A DNA stretch of 64,000 nucleotides from Patescibacteria group bacterium. GTDB taxonomy: Bacteria > Patescibacteriota > Microgenomatia > UBA8517. How positions within the stretch are numbered: position 1 is the stretch's first letter; each line of letters opens with the position of its first letter. Below the pieces are notes generated by a model that ran no database searches, was not told the DNA's origin, and worked only from the letters and a program-made list of their open reading frames with translations. The stretch spans positions 96,518 to 160,517 of the forward strand of contig JBGSJG010000008.1 in NCBI GenBank assembly GCA_041742135.1, in the 5' to 3' direction. Positions 18,346 through 26,867 of this stretch are shown in pieces. A program made the position numbers and the translations under genes.

Positions 18346-19584
18346 ATGAAGGTTTTGTTGGTTGCTGATGTCGGAAGAACTGATTATGGTTTTTATCATG
18401 TTGGTGACGAAGCCATGTTTTATGAAACAGTCAGATGGTATAGCAAAAACAGACCTTTGTATGCAATTGGCGCTCTATCTAGGTCCACAACTCGTAAAAA
18501 TTTGAGGGTTAAAGAATATCAACATCTGTCTTTCCCGCCCCAGGATTGGACCGCGAGAAAATACTTATTCAAGTTGATTATTAAGAATTTACTGTTCAAA
18601 TTTACGGGGATAATAAAATTCAATTCTGTTGAGCTTAACTTCGTTCAACTTGTGCAGAAATATGATCTGATTCACTTTTGTGGCGGCGGTAATTTCTATA
18701 GTATTTCTGTTTCGTGGTTATATTATGCCTTTTACATTATTTTTTTGGGGAAAATTTATGGAAAAACTACAATTTTAACTAGCCAGACAATAGGTCCTTT
18801 TCGAGGGATCGATAAAATATTTGTGCCTATTTTTTTGAATATGCCAAAGCTTATCGGTGTGCGAGAACCTTCAGACGATATTACTTTATATAAGCACAGA
18901 GTAATTCGACCAAAGGTGATATCTATGATTGATAAGGCCTATACACTACCAAGCATTAAATCTACATTAGTGGTACAAACCAAGAAAACAAAAATCGGTT
19001 TGAGCCTACATCGGTGGCAGGGCGTGGAAGATAATATGATTAACATAGTGTTGAAAGCATTAAATGAGATAGCGAAAACAAAAGACATTGAAGTATTTAT
19101 TATCCCCCACATTATCGTTAAAGCTGATAATGATTGGGACAACTTGTATATGAGCCAAATAATTAGCAAATTAAATAAGCAGATAAAGGTAAAGATTGTC
19201 AAATACAGTGATTTAACCAAATCTAAGAATGAACCTGCATGTTTAGTAAAGCATATTACCTCAAAAATGGATGTTCTAATATCTTCGAGATATCATGGAC
19301 TTGTTTTTGCACTGTCTGAAAACGTTCCTTGTATGTCTTTTTCGATGGGCGAGTATTACAAAAGTAAAAACGAGAAGGCACTGAAGTTCTGGTACGGGGA
19401 AAGGTATTCGGATTACATCTTCAGTCTCGAAAATTATAATCCAACACTATTCACAAAAAAATTAAACTCAATACTTGAGGATCTACCAAAACAAAAACTG
19501 GACTTAAAAGTGGCAAATCAAAAATTATCATCAAGCAAATCCATATTTAACCTTCAAGGTGTCCTTGAGATTACAAAATGTTAG
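18346..19584 (+). CDS. Polysaccharide pyruvyl transferase family protein (CsaB/WcaK-like)
   Basis: 412 aa. N-terminal Rossmann-like MKVLLVADVGRTDYG...HVGDEAM and the family's characteristic C-terminal ISSRYHGLVFAL. Confidence 0.65.
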   Translation: MKVLLVADVGRTDYGFYHVGDEAMFYETVRWYSKNRPLYAIGALSRSTTRKNLRVKEYQHLSFPPQDWTARKYLFKLIIKNLLFKFTGIIKFNSVELNFVQLVQKYDLIHFCGGGNFYSISVSWLYYAFYIIFLGKIYGKTTILTSQTIGPFRGIDKIFVPIFLNMPKLIGVREPSDDITLYKHRVIRPKVISMIDKAYTLPSIKSTLVVQTKKTKIGLSLHRWQGVEDNMINIVLKALNEIAKTKDIEVFIIPHIIVKADNDWDNLYMSQIISKLNKQIKVKIVKYSDLTKSKNEPACLVKHITSKMDVLISSRYHGLVFALSENVPCMSFSMGEYYKSKNEKALKFWYGERYSDYIFSLENYNPTLFTKKLNSILEDLPKQKLDLKVANQKLSSSKSIFNLQGVLEITKC

Positions 19585-20703
19585 TTAAGATAGCAACATC
19601 TTCTTGTAACTTCTTAAAAGCATCTTAAATATTAGCCATCTGGCATGCAAACGAGGAAACGGTAGATTTTTCAAAAGATCCCACCAAAGGAACAGTCTGT
19701 GCTTTGGTTCTATAAGTAAATTTAGTAAATGATAGGGAGGGATGCGCCCCATCGTTTTAAAGTTTTCCAGGGCACCAACCGAGTCAAGTTGCAGCATTGT
19801 TCTTAAACACTTATGGCACTTTGAGCAGTTATACGCACCTCCAATGTTCTCGTAGCATACACGTAAATGATCTTGAGCTAGTTTGTAATCGCGTATAAAA
19901 AATGTTTTTTCTGATCGTTTAAGTCCGGACCCAGACGAGTATATCTTTAGTGTTTTTGTAGACCACAAGCGATCAAGATCTGGGTGTGTGCCATACGGGG
20001 CATAGGAAAGATTTGCGTCTTCCGAGTTAAAAGCAACTACATCAAGCCCTTTGGCTAATAAATATGAAACCGATGCTAAAGCTGCGCCGTGCCCGGCATC
20101 CCATCTGACCGCTTCTTGCACAAACCCTTTTAGATTAGTTTTTACTACGATTAACTTCTTTTCTGTTTTTTTGGCAACCTTCTTGGCGTTTTTTAATACC
20201 ACGGAAAATAACTTTTTATCATTCAGAGCAATATCAAATCCATGTACGAGAATTAGATGAGTAAGACGTGTGGATTTACGTATTTCTGATTTCTTTAATG
20301 TATAAAACGAGTCTAGTCCCAAAGAAAAGAAAGCTCCTTTACCTTTCTTTACGGAACGTATTGAAACTGCTTTTGTTGTCGATGTAGCAATATTAATGGG
20401 ATAAAGTTTCGACCAGGAATCTGTGTCAGGCCAAGAGCTTGTTAGTTTCATGACTTTGTACAAACTGTTAAGTAGGTCTTGGGATATCGATTCTTCGATA
20501 ATAAGTTCCTCCTTAAATCGCATGGACATAAATAGCAAAATCGGAAGAAATACCTCTGGCCCCAGCGAAAGTAAATTGCGATTTGAAGCCTCGGTCTCAA
20601 ACCAGATTTCGTATTTTTTGTCCAAAGAAGGACTTGTGACAAAAGCTGAAAGTCGAATATTGCCTTTTCTGAATGAAATACGAGATCGAGAGAGTTTCAC
20701 CAT
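19585..20703 (-). CDS. QueC-like PP-loop superfamily protein with a C-x9-C-x2-C-x2-C zinc motif and a roughly 130-aa N-terminal extension; PP-loop degenerate (SLGLDS)
   Basis: 372 aa. FFSLGLDSFYT sits at the PP-loop position and CYENIGGAYNCSKCHKCLRT matches QueC-type Cys tetrad spacing. Paralogous over its whole length to 20723..22153. Confidence 0.45.
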   Translation of the reverse strand: MVKLSRSRISFRKGNIRLSAFVTSPSLDKKYEIWFETEASNRNLLSLGPEVFLPILLFMSMRFKEELIIEESISQDLLNSLYKVMKLTSSWPDTDSWSKLYPINIATSTTKAVSIRSVKKGKGAFFSLGLDSFYTLKKSEIRKSTRLTHLILVHGFDIALNDKKLFSVVLKNAKKVAKKTEKKLIVVKTNLKGFVQEAVRWDAGHGAALASVSYLLAKGLDVVAFNSEDANLSYAPYGTHPDLDRLWSTKTLKIYSSGSGLKRSEKTFFIRDYKLAQDHLRVCYENIGGAYNCSKCHKCLRTMLQLDSVGALENFKTMGRIPPYHLLNLLIEPKHRLFLWWDLLKNLPFPRLHARWLIFKMLLRSYKKMLLS

Positions 20704-20722
20704 GATATTATAAACCTAAACC

Positions 20723-22153
20723 ATGTTGATTAAAAAAGGATCAAAATTAACAAAGCTAAGAATGAAACATGGCGGATTGGTGTTTGAAAGTTTTGATGAA
20801 CGGTATGACGGCGCTTCGTTGATAGTTGGGTTCTCATATTTACTTGAACCAGATTTTAAAATAAGAAATGAGATTGTATTTCCGAATGTGTCAATCGGGC
20901 GTTACGAGCAAATTAAAGGAGATGGGCTGAGTAATCTGTTTTTTCATCTAGGCTTAGGAGAGATGATGCTTATGTGGAGATTTGCTTGTCCCCAGAACAT
21001 AAAAATTAAAGCCGGATACTTAAACAACAAACAGCTCCTTTTTTGGAAAGATGTGTTCACTGCAGGATTCGGCGAATTTTATTATAAAGAGAAAATAAAT
21101 TTTAAGAAAAAAGATTTTTTGTTGTTTCATGTCTTAGGCAAAAAGACAAAACCCGCACTTTTCAAAGGGCCTCTAATAGACAGAGACCTACTTTTAACAA
21201 CTGGCGGTAAGGACTCGGCAGTTACAATGGAGATTTTGAGAAATAGTGAACGAGAAATAGCATGCTTACTCCTTGATCCTCAAAAGTCCGCAATACAAGC
21301 GTGCCAAATTGCAGGTGTAACGTCAATTACACTCTCCAGGAGAGAAGATGATAAATTGTCAAAACTCGTAGGGAAAAAATATTTTAATGCGCACACCCCC
21401 TGGACTGTTTATCTATCGCTGCTATCAACTGTCGCTAGTGCCATTTACAATTATAAGAATGTCATCGTTTCCAACGAAGAAAGTGCCAATGAAGGCAATG
21501 CCGTCTTTTTGGGTATGCCGATAAATCACCAATACAGCAAAAGCATAATATACGAGAATGATTTTCGGGAATACCTGGTACATTATCTATCACTACGTAC
21601 AAATTTCTTTAGCTTCTTGAGACCATTGCAAGAACTACAGATATGTAAGCTGTTTGCAACGATGAGACAATATCACAACACTTTTAGAAGCTGTAATGTT
21701 GGAATGATGGCGGGGGATTGGTGTTTAAATTGTGCCAAGTGTCTTTCTATCTATTTGACTTTGTACCCTTTTATGGGTAAAAAGTTGCATCCTATATTTG
21801 GTGAGCGATTTTTGGACAAAACTGAGTTACTACCTTTGCTTTGTGGGTTAATGAATGTGAAAGGTAAGACAAAACCTTTTGAGTGTGTGGCGACCATCCA
21901 CGAAATTAAAGTAGCAGTATTTATGTGTAGGCAGAAAGCAAAACTTGAAGGCGAAAAACCTTTTAAGTTGCTTGAATATGTTAAGAGATATGAAGAAAAC
22001 GATATTGCTTGCCTAAATTATTGGAACAAGAACAACAATCTACCCACTTCTCATAAAAGAATTCTTAGAAACGTTTATAATGAGACTAAGCCAGATTCCT
22101 ACTTGGTACCGGAAGAGCGTTTTACAATCTTCAGAAAGTTATTTTTCAGCTAA
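20723..22153 (+). CDS. QueC-like PP-loop ATP pyrophosphatase-family protein (candidate sugar amidotransferase or other adenylating enzyme) with zinc motif and long N- and C-terminal extensions
   Basis: 476 aa. Intact PP-loop LLLTTGGKDSAV, an SNEESANEG block, and CNVGMMAGDWCLNCAKCLSI (C-x9-C-x2-C-x2-C). Divergent from its paralog, with start codons only 19 bp apart. Confidence 0.5.
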   Translation: MLIKKGSKLTKLRMKHGGLVFESFDERYDGASLIVGFSYLLEPDFKIRNEIVFPNVSIGRYEQIKGDGLSNLFFHLGLGEMMLMWRFACPQNIKIKAGYLNNKQLLFWKDVFTAGFGEFYYKEKINFKKKDFLLFHVLGKKTKPALFKGPLIDRDLLLTTGGKDSAVTMEILRNSEREIACLLLDPQKSAIQACQIAGVTSITLSRREDDKLSKLVGKKYFNAHTPWTVYLSLLSTVASAIYNYKNVIVSNEESANEGNAVFLGMPINHQYSKSIIYENDFREYLVHYLSLRTNFFSFLRPLQELQICKLFATMRQYHNTFRSCNVGMMAGDWCLNCAKCLSIYLTLYPFMGKKLHPIFGERFLDKTELLPLLCGLMNVKGKTKPFECVATIHEIKVAVFMCRQKAKLEGEKPFKLLEYVKRYEENDIACLNYWNKNNNLPTSHKRILRNVYNETKPDSYLVPEERFTIFRKLFFS

Positions 22154-22267
22154 CAACTTGTGGTGTAGCATTTCTTTTCGATAGCCTTCAACAATCTTTT
22201 TTGGCCCGTTGGATTTTTTTATAACATTTTTTTTGAAACGACTCGTCTCCAATAGTCAAGATTTCAT

Positions 22268-22339
22268 CTATGAGGAGTATTTGAGGTTTGGTGCACGTTG
22301 GTCGCCAACCCAGACATGGTGGATAACTTTAGGGATCAT
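22268..22339 (-). pseudogene. 23-codon remnant of a second GT32 glycosyltransferase gene (MIPKVIHHVWVGDQRAPNLKYSS*), ATGA-coupled to the upstream methyltransferase
   Basis: Copy B of the direct repeat. Identical to the N-terminus of the GT32 domain of 16562..18112 at 18 of 20 residues, and stops after 23 codons. Confidence 0.65.
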
Positions 22340-22995
22340 ATTGTCTTATACCAAATCGTGTCTTTGACCTCGACCTTTCCGCAAATTTTGTCAACATTCT
22401 CTCTAACATTAAAAAAAACTTTTGGATCTGCGAAAACAAAACCATAGTCATGTCCGCTGTAAATACCGCCCTTCTTAACTTTCGGGATATAATTTTTGAT
22501 GTCTTGGCTAACTACAGGTTCTGTATGATCTCCATCGACAAAACAGAAATCAAAAGCCTTGTCGGCTACAGCTTTATGTGCCTCGACAGAATTCATGATA
22601 ATAAAGCTAACCGGTAAGCCGTTTAGGTGCCTGAGTGCATTGTCTCTTAAAAAGTCTAAATTATCCGGCTTGCCTCCAAACAGCATGTCTCCGTTGAAAT
22701 TGTCAATACAGACCAAATGCGCGTTCCTTGTAGCACAGACACTAGCTATAATGTATGCGCTGTTGCCTTTCCACGTACCCACCTCGAGTGCCAGCCCATT
22801 TCGTTTGATGGCACGATTTGCTAAATCCCAGATAACACCTGACTCAACATCGGAGTGAATAATTTCTCCAGGAATTCTGGCTCTTTTAACTACTTTGGAC
22901 TTGGAATAGTAGCCATTAAAAGGATTTGATAGTTTACCGATCTTAATTTTAAGCCTCATTTTGGATATAAGTTTTGATAACCTGTCGTGGGTCAC
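22336..22995 (-). CDS. SAM-dependent O-methyltransferase (Methyltransf_24/TylF-CmcI-like)
   Basis: 219 aa. LEVGTWKGNSAYIIA, VCIDNF, FVDGDHT. Paralog of 15668..16552. Confidence 0.6.
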   Translation of the reverse strand: MTHDRLSKLISKMRLKIKIGKLSNPFNGYYSKSKVVKRARIPGEIIHSDVESGVIWDLANRAIKRNGLALEVGTWKGNSAYIIASVCATRNAHLVCIDNFNGDMLFGGKPDNLDFLRDNALRHLNGLPVSFIIMNSVEAHKAVADKAFDFCFVDGDHTEPVVSQDIKNYIPKVKKGGIYSGHDYGFVFADPKVFFNVRENVDKICGKVEVKDTIWYKTI

Positions 22996-23680
22996 CGTCA
23001 GCTTCTTTTTTGGTCGATTTAATATAGATTACTCTTGTGCAAAATTCCTTGACTGCATCCATCGAGTGGCTTACAAAAATAATGGTTTTCTTCTCCTTCT
23101 TAAACTCTTCCATTTTTTTCATACATTTACGCCTGAAACGCTCGTCGCCGACAGCAAGAATCTCGTCTACAAGTAAGATATCGGGCCCAGAATTTACGGC
23201 AATTGAAAAACCTAGCCGGACATACATTCCAGAAGAGTAATGTTTGAGCGGGGTATCAATAAACTCCGATAATTCGGCAAAACTAACGATGTCATCGAAC
23301 CTAGCGTCTATCGTTTTGCGCGAAAGGCCAAGAATGGCCCCGTTAATATATATGTTGTCACGGCCGGAAAGTTCTGGATGAAAACCTGCACCAAGCTCAA
23401 TAAGCGGAGCAATTTTGCCTTTGACACGCACCTCGCCTTTTGACGGAACCATAACGCCGGCAATTAATTTCAGAATTGTAGATTTGCCCGAACCATTCTT
23501 ACCGATTATTCCGACAGTTTCTCCACGTCTAATGCTAAAACTGACTCCATCTAATGCGTTGAAGTGGTCTTGAGACCTAAAATTAAGAATGTCCAAAAGT
23601 GCTTCTTTTAGAAGTAGCTTCTGCCCCTTTTTAAAGCTCTTTGAGACATTGTAAAACTCAATTGTGTTATTTGGGTCCAT
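22949..23680 (-). CDS. wzt: ABC transporter ATP-binding protein of polysaccharide/teichoic-acid exporters (Wzt/TagH-like, short form without a C-terminal carbohydrate-binding domain)
   Basis: 243 aa. Walker A GKNGSGKST, signature YSSGMYVRLGF, Walker B LLVDEILAVGD, and an H-loop FVSHS. Confidence 0.85.
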   Translation of the reverse strand: MDPNNTIEFYNVSKSFKKGQKLLLKEALLDILNFRSQDHFNALDGVSFSIRRGETVGIIGKNGSGKSTILKLIAGVMVPSKGEVRVKGKIAPLIELGAGFHPELSGRDNIYINGAILGLSRKTIDARFDDIVSFAELSEFIDTPLKHYSSGMYVRLGFSIAVNSGPDILLVDEILAVGDERFRRKCMKKMEEFKKEKKTIIFVSHSMDAVKEFCTRVIYIKSTKKEADGDPRQVIKTYIQNEA

Positions 23681-24468
23681 TAAATTACGTCGGCGAAATA
23701 CCTTGATCTTTTTCGAAAGTATACGAATCCTAAAACAAAAATTGCTAATGAGAAAATCATTGAATACGCGAATGACGGCATGGGTGGAGGGACACCATAT
23801 AGAACAACGTTGCGGTAAGCATTTACAATACCGGTCATCGGGTTTAGGTTAAAAAGTGAAACTAGATTTGCGGGGATTAATTCCGGTGGATAAATGATCG
23901 GTGTCATGTACATCCAGACCATCAAAAAAACGCTAAGAATATTTTCAACATCTCGAAAGAACACGTTTGTCGCGGATAGAACCAAAGATACACCCAGAAC
24001 TAGCATAAAATGAAACAGGAAAATGACAGGCAAAAATAATATTGAGGGGAAGATGGTGACCTTAAAAATTATCAAAATTACGGCCAAAATTGAAGCAGAT
24101 AAAATTAAGTCAACTGACTTGGCTAATATTGAAGACAGCGGAAAAATTTCTCTTGGGAGGTAAATTTTGGTAATAAGCTGTTGATTTGCTACCAAACTGC
24201 TTGTTGCTGCCGAAATAGAACTTGCTGTAAACATCCAAGGGACCAAAGCTACAAACAGAAATACTGGGTAAGGAATGTTGCCTGTTTGGATTCTCACAAG
24301 AAAAGAGAAGACTACGGTTAGTACGACAAGGTTAATGAGGGGAACCAAGATTACCCAAGCATAGCCCAAAATTGATTGCTTGTATTTAGCCTTAATTTCT
24401 CGCTTTACGAGTTCTTTTATAAGCGCGCGGTACTTGCGCACATTTAGAATGTTTATAAAAGGAAGCAT
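23680..24468 (-). CDS. wzm: ABC-2 type exporter permease (Wzm/TagG-like)
   Basis: 262 aa, six TM helices, ABC-2 family topology. 1-nt overlap with the ATPase gene. Confidence 0.75.
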   Translation of the reverse strand: MLPFINILNVRKYRALIKELVKREIKAKYKQSILGYAWVILVPLINLVVLTVVFSFLVRIQTGNIPYPVFLFVALVPWMFTASSISAATSSLVANQQLITKIYLPREIFPLSSILAKSVDLILSASILAVILIIFKVTIFPSILFLPVIFLFHFMLVLGVSLVLSATNVFFRDVENILSVFLMVWMYMTPIIYPPELIPANLVSLFNLNPMTGIVNAYRNVVLYGVPPPMPSFAYSMIFSLAIFVLGFVYFRKRSRYFADVI

Positions 24469-24507
24469 AACAGTTAAAATTATACTATTAAGCTAGCACA
24501 ATAGAAA

Positions 24508-25581
24508 ATGGACGCTGTTCGATTGGTCACAAAGTATTTTATGGTTTGGCGTCTTCTACTGTTTTTTCCATTGCTTCTTTCAGGTAATCTTCCCATGCGT
24601 TTAGCTTATGTGTATCCGTATCTGCAAAATCCTCTCCTTTCAATTTGGGCAAATTTTGACGGGGTTCACTATATTTCTATAGCTTCAGCAGGCTATGCCA
24701 ATCAAGCAGCATTTTTTCCTCTGTATCCGATGATTCTTAGAATGCTCGTTTTTGGTGCAGCAAATATAAATTACTATTTAGTTAGTGGACTACTAATTTC
24801 CAATATAGCTTTTTGGGCAGCGCTTGTAGTTTTTTACAAATTGATACGTTTGGATTATTCCGATTCAGTAGCAAAGTGGAGCGTAGTATTTATGCTTACT
24901 TTCCCTACGGCATTTTTTTTCGGAAGTGTTTATTCAGAAAGCTTGTTTTTACTTCTACTTCTATTGTCTTTTTGGTTTGTACGCAAAGGCAACTGGCTTA
25001 TGGCTTCTGTCTTTGGAATTTTTGTGTCTGCAACGCGTCTTGTTGGTGCTCTGCTTGCCCCTGCGCTTTTATTGATTCAACGCCGCGTAGTATTTTTTCT
25101 AATTCCAGTTGGGACTCTAGCCTATGCAGTTTTTAATTATTTTCGCTGGGGAGATCCACTTCATTTCATTAAAGTACATGGAGAACTTTCAAATGGCAGA
25201 TCTACTGAGTCTATGGTTTTAGTTCCTCAGACTATTTTTAGATACGCCAAAATTCTATTTAGTTTATCGCCTTCGCAGTTTGAATGGTGGATTTCGGCTT
25301 TGGAACTTTCAGTCTTTGTTTTGGTAGTTTATTTACTCTACAAAGCTGTGAAGCTCAAAGTTTATAAGTCGTATGTAGCGTTCAGCGCATTTGCATTTTT
25401 AATTCCCGTGAGCTCCGGAACATTTAGCGGGCTTCCAAGATACGTACTTGTTTTATTTCCGATTTATATAGTACTGGCAATGATAAAAAGTGATACAACA
25501 AAGAAGCTAGTCGCAATTCTTTTTGCCTTTTTGTTGACAATTCTTTTAATGTTTTTTTCAAAGGGTTATTTTATAGCATGA
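24508..25581 (+). CDS. GT-C-type membrane glycosyltransferase (PIG-V/GT87-like mannosyltransferase fold candidate)
   Basis: 357 aa, polytopic. The first-loop motif WANFDGVHYISIASAGY resembles the conserved loop of PIG-V/DUF2029-type GT-C enzymes. Confidence 0.45.
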   Translation: MDAVRLVTKYFMVWRLLLFFPLLLSGNLPMRLAYVYPYLQNPLLSIWANFDGVHYISIASAGYANQAAFFPLYPMILRMLVFGAANINYYLVSGLLISNIAFWAALVVFYKLIRLDYSDSVAKWSVVFMLTFPTAFFFGSVYSESLFLLLLLLSFWFVRKGNWLMASVFGIFVSATRLVGALLAPALLLIQRRVVFFLIPVGTLAYAVFNYFRWGDPLHFIKVHGELSNGRSTESMVLVPQTIFRYAKILFSLSPSQFEWWISALELSVFVLVVYLLYKAVKLKVYKSYVAFSAFAFLIPVSSGTFSGLPRYVLVLFPIYIVLAMIKSDTTKKLVAILFAFLLTILLMFFSKGYFIA

Positions 25582-26867
25582 CTAAAAAAATAATATTTAT
25601 TCTCGGCTTAGCACTGTTTTTGAGGCTAATTGCTTTAAACCAAAGCTTATGGCTCGACGAGGGGACTACGGCTCTTGTTGCTCGCGACATGACTTGGATA
25701 GAGTTTTGGGGGTTTCTAAAAGCCGATTTTCATCCGCCACTTTATTACATTATTGTGAAGGCTGTATCTGGTCTGGTTGGCAACTACTCTGAAATTGTTC
25801 TTCGAATGCCTTCGGTTGTTTTCGGAGTACTGACTGTGTATTTGGTTTACAAGATTGCAATAATTCGCAAAACCAATAACGCTGTTTTGGCAAGCCTTCT
25901 GATGGCGTCCGCCCCGTTGCATATTTATTACTCGCAAGAAGCCCGAATGTATGCCACCGCAGCGTTTTTTGTGGCACTAGCATTTTATTTTTACTTAAAA
26001 AAACAAAACTTGTGTTTATTGGGAGCTCTGGCCTTAGCGTTTTGGACAGACTATATGACAATTTTTGTGCTTCCTGTATTTCTTTTAATGCGACGATCCA
26101 GGCCCTATGCCATAGCCTCAATATTTACTTGTTTGCCCATGCTTTTATTTTTACCAGACCAGTTGACCGGCGGCAGTGCGGTGAGCGCTAACTGGGCGAG
26201 GGCTTTGGGAGATACCAATCTTAAAAACATTCTTTTAATTCCAGTCAAATTTTTGATAGGCAGAATTTCTTTTGCAAGGCCGGTTTACCTGGCAGTTCTA
26301 GGACTAACGCTACTTGCTATCCTGCCTGCAATTTTTGGAGCATTTAAGAATATTAAGAAAAACAGTGAACTCTACCCGTGGCTAGCTTTGCCTGTTTTTG
26401 CAGGTCTTGTTGTAGGTTTGTTTGTTCCAGTTGTAAGCTATTTTAGGTTTTTGTTTGTCCTGCCTGCGTTTTATCTAATTTTAGCCGAAGCTCCACGGAA
26501 ATACATTTTTATTCTTTTCGTACTTAATCTTACCTTTTCTGCCATCTATCTTTTGAGCCCCAACTTTCACCGCGAGGATTGGCGTAGCCTTGTGACGCAA
26601 GCTGAAGAAATTGATCCAGAGCCGCTGATAATTTTTCCTGCTGAGACGCAAATGGAGGCATATAAATACTATGCTAGCAAAAGCAATTTTGCCGGTCCTT
26701 TCGGAATTGACGATAAACATGCCCAAATCTGGCTTATGCGCTATGTTTACGATATAGTTGATCCAGACGATGCCACAAGAAAGAAAATTGAGACCATGGG
26801 ATACGAGAAAATTAGCGAACTCGATTTTAATGGGGTAGTGGTTTATCAGTATGAAAATCGGAATTGA
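25578..26867 (+). CDS. GT-C-type membrane glycosyltransferase (ArnT/PMT, GT39/83-like)
   Basis: 429 aa. First periplasmic loop LWLDEGTT (a DE motif), about 11 TM helices and a C-terminal soluble domain. ATGA overlap. Confidence 0.55.
   Translation: MTKKIIFILGLALFLRLIALNQSLWLDEGTTALVARDMTWIEFWGFLKADFHPPLYYIIVKAVSGLVGNYSEIVLRMPSVVFGVLTVYLVYKIAIIRKTNNAVLASLLMASAPLHIYYSQEARMYATAAFFVALAFYFYLKKQNLCLLGALALAFWTDYMTIFVLPVFLLMRRSRPYAIASIFTCLPMLLFLPDQLTGGSAVSANWARALGDTNLKNILLIPVKFLIGRISFARPVYLAVLGLTLLAILPAIFGAFKNIKKNSELYPWLALPVFAGLVVGLFVPVVSYFRFLFVLPAFYLILAEAPRKYIFILFVLNLTFSAIYLLSPNFHREDWRSLVTQAEEIDPEPLIIFPAETQMEAYKYYASKSNFAGPFGIDDKHAQIWLMRYVYDIVDPDDATRKKIETMGYEKISELDFNGVVVYQYENRN

Noticed and set aside
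18199-19010. Exact 15-mer aatcggtttgagcct present at about 18199 and again at about 18996
   Set aside because: About two exact 15-mer coincidences are expected by chance in a 64-kb AT-rich sequence, and the flanks show no extended similarity.
22153-22268. ttggcccgttgg and T-runs in the convergent gap between the QueC-like gene and the GT32 remnant, as a possible bidirectional terminator
   Set aside because: I could not find a complementary arm forming a stable GC stem by inspection; the T-runs alone are not diagnostic.
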